Shown here one piece after another: positions 9,304 through 18,772 of a stretch of DNA of 32,000 bases. The first letter of the stretch is position 1. Every line of letters starts with the position of its first letter. Made by a program: the position numbers and the translations under genes. The notes beneath the pieces were generated by a model, which searched no databases, was not told the DNA's origin, and saw only the letters and a program-made list of their open reading frames with translations. The stretch is from the NCBI GenBank assembly GCA_000175855.1, contig ACYB01000006.1:52768-84767 (forward strand), in the 5' to 3' direction. This DNA comes from Raphidiopsis brookii D9 (lineage in GTDB: Bacteria; Cyanobacteriota; Cyanobacteriia; Cyanobacteriales; Nostocaceae).

Positions 9304-9968
9304 CCAACACCATGAATAGTTTCGATCAAATCCTTGGGGGCTCCCACATTAATTAGTTTAGCTCGTAGGTTCCTAATATAGGTTTTAATGGTTTCTTCTT
9401 CTGGTGGACTTTCCGAAGCCCAAATTTGGTCAATTAGACTACTCCGAGTAGAAATACGTCCATTACAACGCAATAGGGCTTCCATAAGAGCAAATTCTTT
9501 AGGTGTCAAATGGATAGGTTTCCTTCCATATAAAACTTCATACTTGCTAAAATCTAGGGACAGGTCACCCCAGGTGAGAGTGTTATTAATTACAGGCTTC
9601 CCTCGGCGTAATAATGCCCGAACTTGGGCCATTAGTTCTTGTAAATTAAAGGGTTTGACCATGTAAGAGTCCGCCCCAGCATCTAAACCCGTAATTTTAT
9701 CGCTAATTGTATCCCGAGCAGTGAGCATGAGAATGGGCAAAGTACAACCATGGTCACGCAGTTTTTGGCATAGTCGAATCCCGTCTAGTTTTGGTAGGGT
9801 AATATCCATAATGATCAGGTCATAATTTACTACTGGTAGGTCTTGTAATCGCCTCCAAGCGGCTTCACCATCCTTGACACATTCTACTTCATACCTTTCC
9901 ATGGTTAGAGCTTCTGTCAGGGATTCTGTTAGGTAATAATCATCCTCTACAACAAGAATCCAGATCAT
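9255..9968 (-). CDS. OmpR-family two-component response regulator (receiver plus winged-helix)
   Basis: Receiver motifs are VVEDD, the phospho-acceptor context DLIIMDITLP, and MLTARD...KPF. The C-terminal trans_reg_C-like part reads LTPKEFALMEALL...TIKTYIRNLRAKL...IETIHGVGYRL. The 3' end overlaps the convergent GNAT gene by 49 nt. Confidence 0.9.
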   Translation of the reverse strand: MIWILVVEDDYYLTESLTEALTMERYEVECVKDGEAAWRRLQDLPVVNYDLIIMDITLPKLDGIRLCQKLRDHGCTLPILMLTARDTISDKITGLDAGADSYMVKPFNLQELMAQVRALLRRGKPVINNTLTWGDLSLDFSKYEVLYGRKPIHLTPKEFALMEALLRCNGRISTRSSLIDQIWASESPPEEETIKTYIRNLRAKLINVGAPKDLIETIHGVGYRLKCLGSNNSSKIS

Positions 9969-9983
9969 TGTTTAACTGATGTT

Positions 9984-11204
9984 TTAATTTGACTTTTTTA
10001 AACTTTCCGCTATCAGCAGTTTTTCGTTTAATATTTTTAGTGCGACTTGATACTGCTGATCATCTAAACTGCCCACTTCTTCGCGGCTAATTACTGATTG
10101 TTTAACCTCTACATCTGGCTTAATCCCTAATTTATTAATATCTCGATGGTTAGGTGTTTCATATTTAGCAATTGTCACCGCTAATCCAGAACCGTCACTT
10201 AGTTCAAATAAGGACTGAATTAACCCTTTACCAAAAGTAGTTTCACCAACTAGCTGGGCCCTACCATTGTCTTGTAAAGCACCCGCCAAAATCTCGCTGG
10301 CACTAGCAGTGCCCTGGTTGACCAAAATCACTAGAGGATCTTGAGTTAAGGCTGGACCAAATGCTTCAAAACTCCCTTGTATACCTTGACGGTTAACAGT
10401 ATACACGACCATTCCCGAGTCTAACCATTGACGGGCTACCTCAATTCCCGCTTGTAATAGTCCTCCTGGATTATTGCGCAAATCTAAAATGTAAGCTGTC
10501 GCTCCCCGTTCTTCAAGGCTATTAATTGCATTTGCTAGTTCCAAGGCAGCATTAGCATTGAACTGTGAAAGACAAATATAACCAATTGCTATTCCTTCCG
10601 GGGAAAGACGTAAGTCAGCTAGTACAGGATTTAATTCAATGCGATCGCGCACTAAAACTACTTCTTGATTTGGTTGTCCCTCGCGACCAATAAGTAGGGT
10701 AAGTACTGTGCCAATGGGTCCACGCATGCGCGCTGCTGCTTCATCCACGGTGATATTTTCCGTGGATAAGCCTTCAATTTGTAAAATCCGATCTCGTGGT
10801 TTTAAGCCCGCTCTTTGTGCAGGTGAACCCTGAATAGGTGTAATTACCTCTAATATACCAGTCTCAGAATTAAGAGCGATTTGTAAACCTACACCAGTCA
10901 ACTCTCCAGAAGTGTTAACTTGTAAACTGCGATACTGATCAGGGTCTAAAAATCTGGTGAAAGGATCGTCTAGACTTTTAAGCATATCTCGCACTACTTT
11001 ATATGCTGCTTGATCATTTCCCAGAGGTTGTTTAAAAGCTCGTTGTCTTACCCTTTCCCAGTTTTGGTTATTAAAAGTTGCATCTATATATGAACGGTTA
11101 ACAATTCGCCAAGCCTCGGCTACTAATTTTTGCTGCTGTGTTAAAGCAATAGCTGATGGAACAAAGTAGCCAAAACCCCAGATGAAAGCTAGGCTAAAAG
11201 CCAA
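9984..11204 (-). CDS. ctpA: Carboxyl-terminal processing protease (S41, CtpA type) with a PDZ domain
   Basis: S41 motifs are present: DPFTRFLDP, PDZ-like GVGLQI...VITPIQGSPAQRAGLKPRDRILQIEG, ILDLRNNPGGLL, VNQGTASASEILAGAL and TFGKGLIQ. The annotated start is a TTG; see the finding about a possible upstream ATG at 11244. Confidence 0.9.
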   Translation of the reverse strand: MAFSLAFIWGFGYFVPSAIALTQQQKLVAEAWRIVNRSYIDATFNNQNWERVRQRAFKQPLGNDQAAYKVVRDMLKSLDDPFTRFLDPDQYRSLQVNTSGELTGVGLQIALNSETGILEVITPIQGSPAQRAGLKPRDRILQIEGLSTENITVDEAAARMRGPIGTVLTLLIGREGQPNQEVVLVRDRIELNPVLADLRLSPEGIAIGYICLSQFNANAALELANAINSLEERGATAYILDLRNNPGGLLQAGIEVARQWLDSGMVVYTVNRQGIQGSFEAFGPALTQDPLVILVNQGTASASEILAGALQDNGRAQLVGETTFGKGLIQSLFELSDGSGLAVTIAKYETPNHRDINKLGIKPDVEVKQSVISREEVGSLDDQQYQVALKILNEKLLIAESLKKSN

Positions 11205-11605
11205 AAGTAAAAGAAAATCCCCATCGTAAGAGCCATTTATTCATGGAGCTTTTTTCCTCTTATTCCTAACTAAACTAATTATTAACCTCCGGTAGGGAAG
11301 TTTTTAATGAAATTTCACTCTCAATTATGTTACTTTTTTTATGGGGGTGTCTTGTAATCAATTCTGAAGGTAATTATTCTTCAGATGACATGGAAAAGCA
11401 CAACCAGCAAAAAAACGATAAAATCTTCTTGAGAACCAACATTTTTCACGTTGGGTTGCAAGGAGACCGCAATATATTCCATATTTACAGAGTGTTAAGT
11501 TTCTGAAAAACCTAACAGTTTTGTAACCCAGCTGCTTCTTCTGCGCATCCCAATAGCTTTGGGACACTTATCCACCACAGGTAATTTGTAGGGAATTAAA
11601 ATTAT

Positions 11606-12253
11606 ATGGCCAGCGTCTATGATTGGTTTGAGGAACGTTTAGAACTGGAAGCGATCGCTGAGGATGTAACCAGCAAATACGTACCACCCCACGTTAACAT
11701 TTTTTACTGTTTAGGCGGAATTACTCTAGTTTGTTTTCTGATTCAGTTTGCCACTGGATTTGCCATGACATTCTACTACAAGCCTACAGTAGCAGAGGCA
11801 TTCTCCTCTGTGCAGTACATAATGAACGAAGTTAACTTTGGTTGGCTAATTCGCTCTATCCATCGTTGGTCCGCCAGCATGATGGTATTAATGATGATCC
11901 TCCACGTTTTCCGGGTATACCTAACTGGTGGGTTCAAAAACCAACGGGAACTGACCTGGGTTAGCGGAGTAATCCTAGCAGTAATCACTGTTTCCTTTGG
12001 TGTAACTGGTTACTCATTGCCTTGGGACCAAGTGGGTTACTGGGCGGTGAAAATCGTTAGTGGTGTGCCAGAGGCAATTCCCGTAGTAGGGGTTCTGATT
12101 TCTGACTTATTACGTGGTGGTTCTAGCGTAGGTCAAGCGACCCTAACCAGATACTACAGTGCCCACACCTTTGTACTACCTTGGCTAATTGCAGTATTCA
12201 TGCTGTTCCACTTCTTGATGATCCGCAAACAAGGTATTTCTGGACCATTGTAA
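11606..12253 (+). CDS. petB: Cytochrome b6 (cytochrome b6f complex)
   Basis: 215 aa, near-identical by eye to cyanobacterial PetB (YDWFEERLE...[25 protein letters not shown]...[25 protein letters not shown]...[22 protein letters not shown]). Confidence 0.97.
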   Translation: MASVYDWFEERLELEAIAEDVTSKYVPPHVNIFYCLGGITLVCFLIQFATGFAMTFYYKPTVAEAFSSVQYIMNEVNFGWLIRSIHRWSASMMVLMMILHVFRVYLTGGFKNQRELTWVSGVILAVITVSFGVTGYSLPWDQVGYWAVKIVSGVPEAIPVVGVLISDLLRGGSSVGQATLTRYYSAHTFVLPWLIAVFMLFHFLMIRKQGISGPL

Positions 12254-12289
12254 TTGCTGTAAAACTGTAATTAGTGGAAAATTGTAATT
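12249..12289 (+). repeat. Three copies of A(T/C)TGTAATT(G/A) spaced exactly 17 nt apart in the petB-petD spacer
   Basis: TGTAATT occurs at 12249-12255 (overlapping the petB stop), 12266-12272 and 12283-12289. Confidence 0.8.
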
Positions 12290-12326
12290 ACCAGACACTT
12301 GAGTAATCGGGAGACAATAACTAAAA

Positions 12327-12809
12327 ATGTCCACACAAAAGAAACCGGATCTAAGCGATCCTATTTTAAGAGCGAAACTGGCTAAGGGGATGGGTCATAA
12401 CTACTATGGCGAACCTGCTTGGCCCAATGATTTGCTTTATGTATTCCCCATTGTAATCATGGGTTCATTTGCCTGTATTGTAGCCTTAGCTGTGCTAGAG
12501 CCTGCATTAGTAGGTGAACCAGCAAATCCTTTTGCTACCCCCTTAGAAATTCTACCTGAGTGGTATCTGTTCCCAGTGTTCCAGATTCTCCGCTCTCTAC
12601 CCAATAAACTTTTGGGAGTATTGGCTATGGCATCAGTACCCCTGGGACTGATTCTTGTTCCTTTTATTGAAAGCGTTAACAAGTTTCAAAATCCATTCCG
12701 TCGTCCAGTAGCAACAACAGTATTCTTATTTGGTACTCTTGTTACAATTTGGTTAGGTATTGGTGCGGCATTGCCTTTAGACAAATCCCTAACTTTGGGA
12801 CTATTCTAA
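12327..12809 (+). CDS. petD: Cytochrome b6f subunit IV
   Basis: 160 aa matching cyanobacterial PetD ([36 protein letters not shown]...[16 protein letters not shown]...). It lies 73 nt downstream of petB. Confidence 0.97.
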   Translation: MSTQKKPDLSDPILRAKLAKGMGHNYYGEPAWPNDLLYVFPIVIMGSFACIVALAVLEPALVGEPANPFATPLEILPEWYLFPVFQILRSLPNKLLGVLAMASVPLGLILVPFIESVNKFQNPFRRPVATTVFLFGTLVTIWLGIGAALPLDKSLTLGLF

Positions 12810-12994
12810 ATTAGTGAAGCCCTAATTTTGCTGGTCTCAGACTAATACCTGGGGGTTTTAAAAGTGTATGAGAGAGGTTAGGGAGAAATCTGTTTCCCGT
12901 GATTTCAACTGATATACTTTTGGAACCAACAGGTTATCAGCGGGTGCTAAATAAAGCTGTTAAATGGCTAAACAACAATTTTAGACTCAGGTCA

Positions 12995-13426
12995 ATGCTT
13001 ACTAAAGTGCAGCAAGACCGAACAACAGTAAAAAGCGACTTAAAGCTACAGAATCAAGTCCAGGAGTGGTTTGAAGCCTTTTGTTTACAACATCTCGTTC
13101 AAGAAGGTTGGTCAGAAAGCCAAATATACCGCATGAATTTGGCATTAGCAGAAGGATTTACCAACGCAGTGCGTCATGCTCATCGGACTTTGCCACCAGA
13201 AACAAATATAGAAATTGAATTGGGTTTATGGGTAGATAGATTAGAAATCCGGATTTGGGATTACGGTCAACCCTTTAATCCTGATCAGATACCAGAACCC
13301 CAACCCGGTACCCTACAAGATCATGGTTATGGATGGTTTTTAATTCGCCGTCTGGCAGACCGGGTAGTTTATGAACGTACAGATAATGAGAGAAACTGTT
13401 TGTTAATCGTAAAAAACCGTTTTTAA
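12995..13426 (+). CDS. RsbW-like anti-sigma regulatory factor / Ser-protein kinase (HATPase_c)
   Basis: N-box-like ALAEGFTNAVRHAH and G-box-like GYGWFLIRRLADRV. ATG 12995 gives a typical ~143-aa product. The track ORF extends upstream to GTG 12899, so the start is uncertain. Confidence 0.7.
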   Translation: MLTKVQQDRTTVKSDLKLQNQVQEWFEAFCLQHLVQEGWSESQIYRMNLALAEGFTNAVRHAHRTLPPETNIEIELGLWVDRLEIRIWDYGQPFNPDQIPEPQPGTLQDHGYGWFLIRRLADRVVYERTDNERNCLLIVKNRF

Positions 13427-14052
13427 ACGACCTTCAACTCTTGATACATTTGCTGCAAATCAAGAATAGTAAACAAGGTGTCAAAATGCAAGTTAAATGA
13501 TTGATATAATTCTCTTCCTCCTTGAAGTCTGTCTACGAGAGAGACTACCCGATCAACCTTATAACCAGCTGCTGTGAGGCGTTCTACTGCTTGAAGAGCA
13601 GATTTCCCAGTGGTAACCACATCTTCCAAAACCACCACCTTAGCTGCTGGTGGTAAATTTGGACCCTCAATATAAGCCATTGTACCATGTCCCTTAGCTT
13701 CTTTACGAATAATTAGGGCGGGTATGGGTCTACTTTCATAAACAGAGACCACACTAACCGAAGACACAATGGGATCAGCGCCCAGAGTTAAACCAGCGAC
13801 AGCTTGAGTATCCACTGGTAAAATATTAAGTATTAATCTACCTATAGCTAGGGCACCTTGGGGATGAAGAGTGACTTGTTTGCCATTAATATAGTAGGAG
13901 CTGCGCTTTCCAGAGGAGAGAACAAAGTCACCTTCCTGATAAGCAAGCTGACAGAATAAATCTAGTAACTTCCGACGTAGGAGGGTCAAATCACTTGTAG
14001 TTGACCAAATTGTAGAATCATGAGATGTTTCGGTAGAATAGAACATTAGCAC
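13423..14052 (-). CDS. pyrE: Orotate phosphoribosyltransferase
   Basis: Matches include GDFVLSSGKRSSYYINGK, the PRPP-binding VVVLEDVVTTGKS and the overall PyrE length. Confidence 0.9.
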   Translation of the reverse strand: MLMFYSTETSHDSTIWSTTSDLTLLRRKLLDLFCQLAYQEGDFVLSSGKRSSYYINGKQVTLHPQGALAIGRLILNILPVDTQAVAGLTLGADPIVSSVSVVSVYESRPIPALIIRKEAKGHGTMAYIEGPNLPPAAKVVVLEDVVTTGKSALQAVERLTAAGYKVDRVVSLVDRLQGGRELYQSFNLHFDTLFTILDLQQMYQELKVV

Positions 14053-14073
14053 TTATTAACTGTTAATGGATGT

Positions 14074-14578
14074 CTATGATTGGTTTTGCCCAATCCTTAA
14101 ACCCATAATAATTAAATCCCGTTCCAGACCTGCCAAATCGGCAACCTTGGGTAAGAGTCCCCAGTGTTGAAAGCCAAATTGAGCAAATAGTTGTAAACTG
14201 GGTTGATTATGGGCAAAAATAAAAGCTAAGGAGAGTTTTTATTCCCAAATTGGGACTTTCATGGATCGCTTTTAGCAGTAAGGTTTTGCCCAAACCACGT
14301 CTGTGAAAGCTGGGGGAAATATAAATACTGATTTCAGCAGTAGCATGATAAGCTGGTCTACCGTAGAAGGATTGAAAACTTAGCCAACCACCAATATTGT
14401 CATTGACTTCCACCACCCACAGAGGACTGCGTGAAGGTACTCTTTCCTGAAACCATGTCATCCGACTTTCCAGGGTTACAGGTTCCAGATCCGCAGTGGC
14501 CATGCGGGTGGGAACAGCTGCATTATAAATGGCGACAATTGCTGGTAAATCTAACTCCGTCGCATTGCGGATAATCAT
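14074..14578 (-). pseudogene. GNAT acetyltransferase (phosphinothricin-acetyltransferase-like), frame broken once as sequenced
   Basis: ORF 14207..14578 ends ...GIKTLLSFYFCP*. The adjacent frame continues FIFAHNQPSLQLFAQFGFQHWGLLPKVADLAGLERDLIIMGLRIGQNQS* to 14074, a typical C-terminus for this family. The break sits at coding-strand TTTTATTTTT (plus-strand 14215-24: A5 at 14215-14219, T at 14220, A4 at 14221-14224). 505 nt is 3n+1. Confidence 0.75.
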
Positions 14579-14590
14579 CTCAAGTTAGTC

Positions 14591-15940
14591 CTATCTATAT
14601 CCTTCCCACGGAGAAACTTCCAAAACACCATTGGGTTTGAAAACCACTCGAAAATGCGCCAGAGGTTCCTGATTTTTAGGGGCGGCTAAATTTGAACCAT
14701 AGAGGCTTTGAAATATTTCTGGTAGGGGAGTTTCTGCATAATAGTCAAAGGCAACTTGGTTTAATGGTTCGTAGTCGGCAATGACACCGTTTTGGTTGAT
14801 GGCTACTCGATATCTCAGTTCTCTGGGGAAGGAAGGTTTAACACTCCAGTTCTGCCTAATTGTCCGATATAGGGTTCGATTTAACCTCCTTATGGAACTA
14901 GAATCAGTAATTTTATCCCCTATAACATCTGGGGTACGACTATACCCAATCCACGGGCTAACTTGTAACTGGGCCTTATTTGTAAACACGACCCGAAATT
15001 GAGCTATGGGCTCTTTATTACTAGTACCACTGACAGGGTTGTATAACAACCCTGGTAGGGGGGTTGTCTCTATTTGATCACTAGAACTTTGATTAACTGA
15101 CTTATATCCTATAATACGACCATCTGCTGAAACACCAACACGATAAATCAAGTTTTCTCTCACTTGTCCTCGATTTTCCCACTTTGAATTAATTTGGGTA
15201 TACACTTGTCGGTTTAAAGACTTCAACTGGGAGGGGTCAGTAATTTCTGGAACAGTATTGAGCAGTGCTTCTAAATCTTGAATATTAGATGCTAGTTTGG
15301 AATCGGATACAGATGATGATTCTGATGTTTCCCGGTTAGTTGGTGTATTCTGTGCGTTTGGGCTAAACCGGGGTGGGGCAATAAAGCTTAGGGACAGGGC
15401 TGCGATAGCTAGACTGGACACTCCTACAGTAGCTGGCACTGCTTGTCTCAGTGCCACCTGACCAGACACACCATAACTCCTGCTAACCGGTTGTAATTGC
15501 AAGATCAGTTCTGGCAATGTTTGGCTATCGGCAAAAAATTGATCAACCGCCTCCACTAAATCAAATAGCCCAACCGTATTTATGTCTATTCTCAGGGCGT
15601 TCTCTGGGGACATACTAGAATCTGAATGTACAATTAGTTGGTGTCTGTCACTACTAATTCTTTCTAATTCCACTAACTCTGACCCCTTGCTGTGGGCGTG
15701 AGGATTAGGTACATTACTTAGAAATTCCTGTGCATAGCCACTTACGGACCTGACCAAACTCTCAAAAAATTCTCGGCCCCCACTTATGGGTTGATTGTAA
15801 CCGGACAGGTAGCATTCAGCATTAATGAGTATGGACATCTCAGGACGACTCTGAGATAAGAGATTTGTCGAAGGAGCAGTACTAAATCCTTCTAAAAGGA
15901 TTGTGCAATTAGGTAAACTATATTTACGTTGAATGTTCAT
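14591..15940 (-). CDS. Cyanobacterial conserved protein (DUF4335-like N-terminus, one TM, two repeated C-terminal domains)
   Basis: The N-terminus MNIQRKYSLPNCTILLEGFS is characteristic of the DUF4335 family as I recall it. A hydrophobic segment spans aa ~166-188. Two homologous ~95-aa modules span aa 239-333 and 350-448. Confidence 0.7.
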   Translation of the reverse strand: MNIQRKYSLPNCTILLEGFSTAPSTNLLSQSRPEMSILINAECYLSGYNQPISGGREFFESLVRSVSGYAQEFLSNVPNPHAHSKGSELVELERISSDRHQLIVHSDSSMSPENALRIDINTVGLFDLVEAVDQFFADSQTLPELILQLQPVSRSYGVSGQVALRQAVPATVGVSSLAIAALSLSFIAPPRFSPNAQNTPTNRETSESSSVSDSKLASNIQDLEALLNTVPEITDPSQLKSLNRQVYTQINSKWENRGQVRENLIYRVGVSADGRIIGYKSVNQSSSDQIETTPLPGLLYNPVSGTSNKEPIAQFRVVFTNKAQLQVSPWIGYSRTPDVIGDKITDSSSIRRLNRTLYRTIRQNWSVKPSFPRELRYRVAINQNGVIADYEPLNQVAFDYYAETPLPEIFQSLYGSNLAAPKNQEPLAHFRVVFKPNGVLEVSPWEGYR

Positions 15941-16565
15941 TCTACCTCGCCGTCAAAAAGAGAAATCCAAAAGCGTTGCATACCTGCTGTACCAGTGCAA
16001 AATAGTAGTTTGGCTAATAAATCTATGGCAAGTTGATCTAACTTTTCATCAGAATTATTGGGTGTAAGTAGGACAGAACGTCTGGGATTCATGCGGCTTT
16101 TAAAATGGGTTCTAAATCTTTCTAAATAATTAGCCAGACGCAAATTATGGGACAGAGGAATTTGTTTTTCCGATAGTTGTTGATATATCATCAGTAGCTG
16201 ACGAATCACCACTGTCAATCTTTTGGCCATATAAGAGGTAATAATCACTAGACACTTGGCCTCCATAGTAGTCAGGGGACGCCGGGTGTGGGCCTTGCGC
16301 AGCGGGTTAGCAGCACGCATTCGCCATAAATTAACCCGATTTCTGATCACCTGATTTAGTTCCAGTTCCTGAGCAAAGGTGAGTATGGCCTCCGAACCAC
16401 CTAATTCTATGGACTCAATTGCCAGTAGGATTAGGTCAATGTCTGTGGCGGTTCTCCTAGGACATACTCCATTTACCAGGGGGGATCGGGCAAGTTCTCC
16501 AAAATTATTGGAGTAGAACTAGCAGTGGGGGGATCAAATGTAGTTGTGCTTGCATAGGAGTTCAT
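15937..16565 (-). pseudogene. Cyanobacterial conserved protein (DUF3038-like), frame broken once in a C6/G6 run as sequenced
   Basis: ATG 16565 gives MNSYASTTTFDPPTASSTPIILENLPDPPW*. The adjacent frame has no start codon and continues ...LVNGVCPRRTATDIDLILLAIESIELGGSEAILTFAQELELNQVIRNRVNLWRMRAANPL... to 15937. The break is at the G6 run 16479-16484. 629 nt is 3n-1. The 3' end overlaps the downstream gene by 4 nt. Confidence 0.7.
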
Positions 16566-16687
16566 GCTCTAAAATATCCTGTAATATACGAGTGAAAAAT
16601 TTAGTATGGCAAGTTCGTGATCTTTGATTGCATTTTAGTTCCCACCATTCTACCATATTTTGTATTAACTGTGAACTCCAGACTAGT

Positions 16688-17206
16688 ATGAACTTAAAAT
16701 CTCTCATTCGTGACATACCCGATTTTCCTAAGCCTGGAATTTTATTTAGGGACATTACTACTTTACTTTGTGATCCCCAAGGTTTGCGCTATACTATTGA
16801 CCTTTTGGCAGAAAAATGTGAAACCCTAGGAATGCAGCTAGATTGTGTTGTAGGTATGGAGTCAAGAGGTTTTATTTTCGGTGCACCTTTGGCTTATAAG
16901 TTAGCATCCGGTTTTGTCCCCGTCCGGAAAAAGGGAAAGTTACCAGCAGCAGTTCACAGGATTGATTATCAGTTAGAATATGGTACAGATAGTCTAGAAG
17001 TACATCAGGATGCTTTGACTCCTGGGAGTAGGGTTCTAATTGTAGATGATTTGATTGCTACTGGCGGTACTGCTAGTGCTACAGCCAAGTTGCTAGAAAA
17101 AATCGGTTGTGAATTAGTGGGCTTTGGTTTTATTGTTGAACTTAAAGATTTGCAAGGACGTAAATATTTACCTGATGTGCCAATTATCTCTCTAGTAGAA
17201 TATTGA
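16688..17206 (+). CDS. apt: Adenine phosphoribosyltransferase
   Basis: [27 protein letters not shown] and the PRPP loop [17 protein letters not shown] 16688 gives the canonical 172 aa. The longer track ORF begins at a non-ATG codon (TTG, 16628), so the ATG start is preferred. Confidence 0.92.
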   Translation: MNLKSLIRDIPDFPKPGILFRDITTLLCDPQGLRYTIDLLAEKCETLGMQLDCVVGMESRGFIFGAPLAYKLASGFVPVRKKGKLPAAVHRIDYQLEYGTDSLEVHQDALTPGSRVLIVDDLIATGGTASATAKLLEKIGCELVGFGFIVELKDLQGRKYLPDVPIISLVEY

Positions 17207-17232
17207 TAGGTTATTAAAACTCAGAGTTGCTC

Positions 17233-18276
17233 ATGACAAAGATTAAAACTCCTTTAATTAGGATTCCGAATTGGTTAATTAAACTGATTAACGACGAGAC
17301 TTATATTTACATTGCTAAGCGTTTATTACAGGCTTTGCTAACCATTTTTCTGGCTTCTGCACTGTCATTCTTTGTCATGAAGTTTTCTCCTGGGGATTAT
17401 ATAGACACACTTAGGCAAAATCCCAAGATTTCCCCGGAAAGAATTGAGGAAATTAGGCGGCAATTTGGATTGGATAGAACTTGGTGGGAACAATTTTTAT
17501 TATGGCTCAAGCAAATCATCACTAAGGGTGATTTTGGCACTAGTTTTGTTTACCAACGTCCTGTAGCTTCCCTTATCTGGGAAAGGATACCAAATACCTT
17601 ATTGTTGGCAGTTGCATCTTTGACTGTTACCTGGGCGGTGGCTATTCCTCTGGGTATTATTGCTGCTGTTCAACAAAATCGGGCCACGGATAAGGTTCTT
17701 CAAGTTTTGAGTTATGCTGGTCAGGGTTTTCCTAGTTTTATTACGGCCCTATTTCTGTTGTTTGTCGCTCAAGTTACCACCCCTTTATTTCCAGTAGGTA
17801 ATATTACTAGTCTTGACCATGCTGAATTGACATGGTTGGGTAAAATATTAGATGTTGGTTGGCATATAATATTGCCTTTGATTGCCCTAAGTATTACCAG
17901 TTTTGCTGGCTTACAAAGGATTATGCGTGGTCAACTGCTAGACACTCTCCGCCAAGACTACATTCAAACTGCCCGCGCCAAAGGACTACCAGAAAATCGA
18001 GTTATTTATGTTCATGCTTTAAGAAATGCTATTAACCCTTTAATCACTTTGCTAGGATTTGAATTAGCAAGTCTATTAAGTGGTGCATTTATCACAGAGA
18101 ACTTTTTCAACTGGCCAGGATTGGGCAAGTTGACTTTACAAGCTGTTTTGGCAAAAGATCAATACTTAGTAATGGCCAGTTTAGTGATGAGTGCTGTATT
18201 ATTAATTTTTGGGAATTTAATTGCTGACCTAATGTTAAAAGTAGCCGATCCTAGAATCAGATTAGAGGACTTATAA
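17233..18276 (+). CDS. ABC transporter permease (DppB/OppB-type, binding-protein-dependent inner-membrane component)
   Basis: N-terminal YIAKRLLQALLTIFLASALSFFVMKFSPGD and the EAA-loop region YIQTARAKGLPENRVIYVHALRNA. No cognate ATPase or binding-protein gene is adjacent. Confidence 0.85.
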   Translation: MTKIKTPLIRIPNWLIKLINDETYIYIAKRLLQALLTIFLASALSFFVMKFSPGDYIDTLRQNPKISPERIEEIRRQFGLDRTWWEQFLLWLKQIITKGDFGTSFVYQRPVASLIWERIPNTLLLAVASLTVTWAVAIPLGIIAAVQQNRATDKVLQVLSYAGQGFPSFITALFLLFVAQVTTPLFPVGNITSLDHAELTWLGKILDVGWHIILPLIALSITSFAGLQRIMRGQLLDTLRQDYIQTARAKGLPENRVIYVHALRNAINPLITLLGFELASLLSGAFITENFFNWPGLGKLTLQAVLAKDQYLVMASLVMSAVLLIFGNLIADLMLKVADPRIRLEDL

Positions 18277-18397
18277 CCTTGGCTACAGAAACTAGCGCTG
18301 CTGAATTAAGACCTTCAACAACGCTTCTTGTGAATTATAGGAGCAAATACAAAGTTCTCTAACCCTAATTAGTGGTTAATAATTGCTCAGATAAAAT

Positions 18398-18772
<375 letters not shown>

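Noticed and set aside
11358-11567. 69-aa minus-strand ORF in the ctpA-petB intergenic region
   Set aside because: Its Cys/Phe/Arg-rich sequence resembles no family. It lies in the expected petB promoter and 5'-UTR region and is more likely a chance ORF in AT-rich spacer.
12810-12898. Intrinsic terminator after petD, and a GGGAGAAA/TTTCCC hairpin at 12882-12898
   Set aside because: I could fold no convincing GC-rich stem plus U-tract directly after petD. The short 6-bp hairpin is weak, and its relevance depends on the uncertain GTG 12899 start of the next gene.
16534-16755. 73-aa minus-strand ORF overlapping the apt 5' end and the DUF3038-like start
   Set aside because: It overlaps two well-supported genes, including the true apt ATG at 16688, and has no recognisable motifs. 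It is a chance ORF.
1398-16928. TCCGGA hexamers inside coding regions (1398, 7619, 13248, 16923) as DIF1 promoters
   Set aside because: They lie within ORFs and lack the TTATCCGGATT context, except for a partial match at 13248. They have no -10 box followed by a conserved transcript block. Their number is about what chance predicts from base composition.
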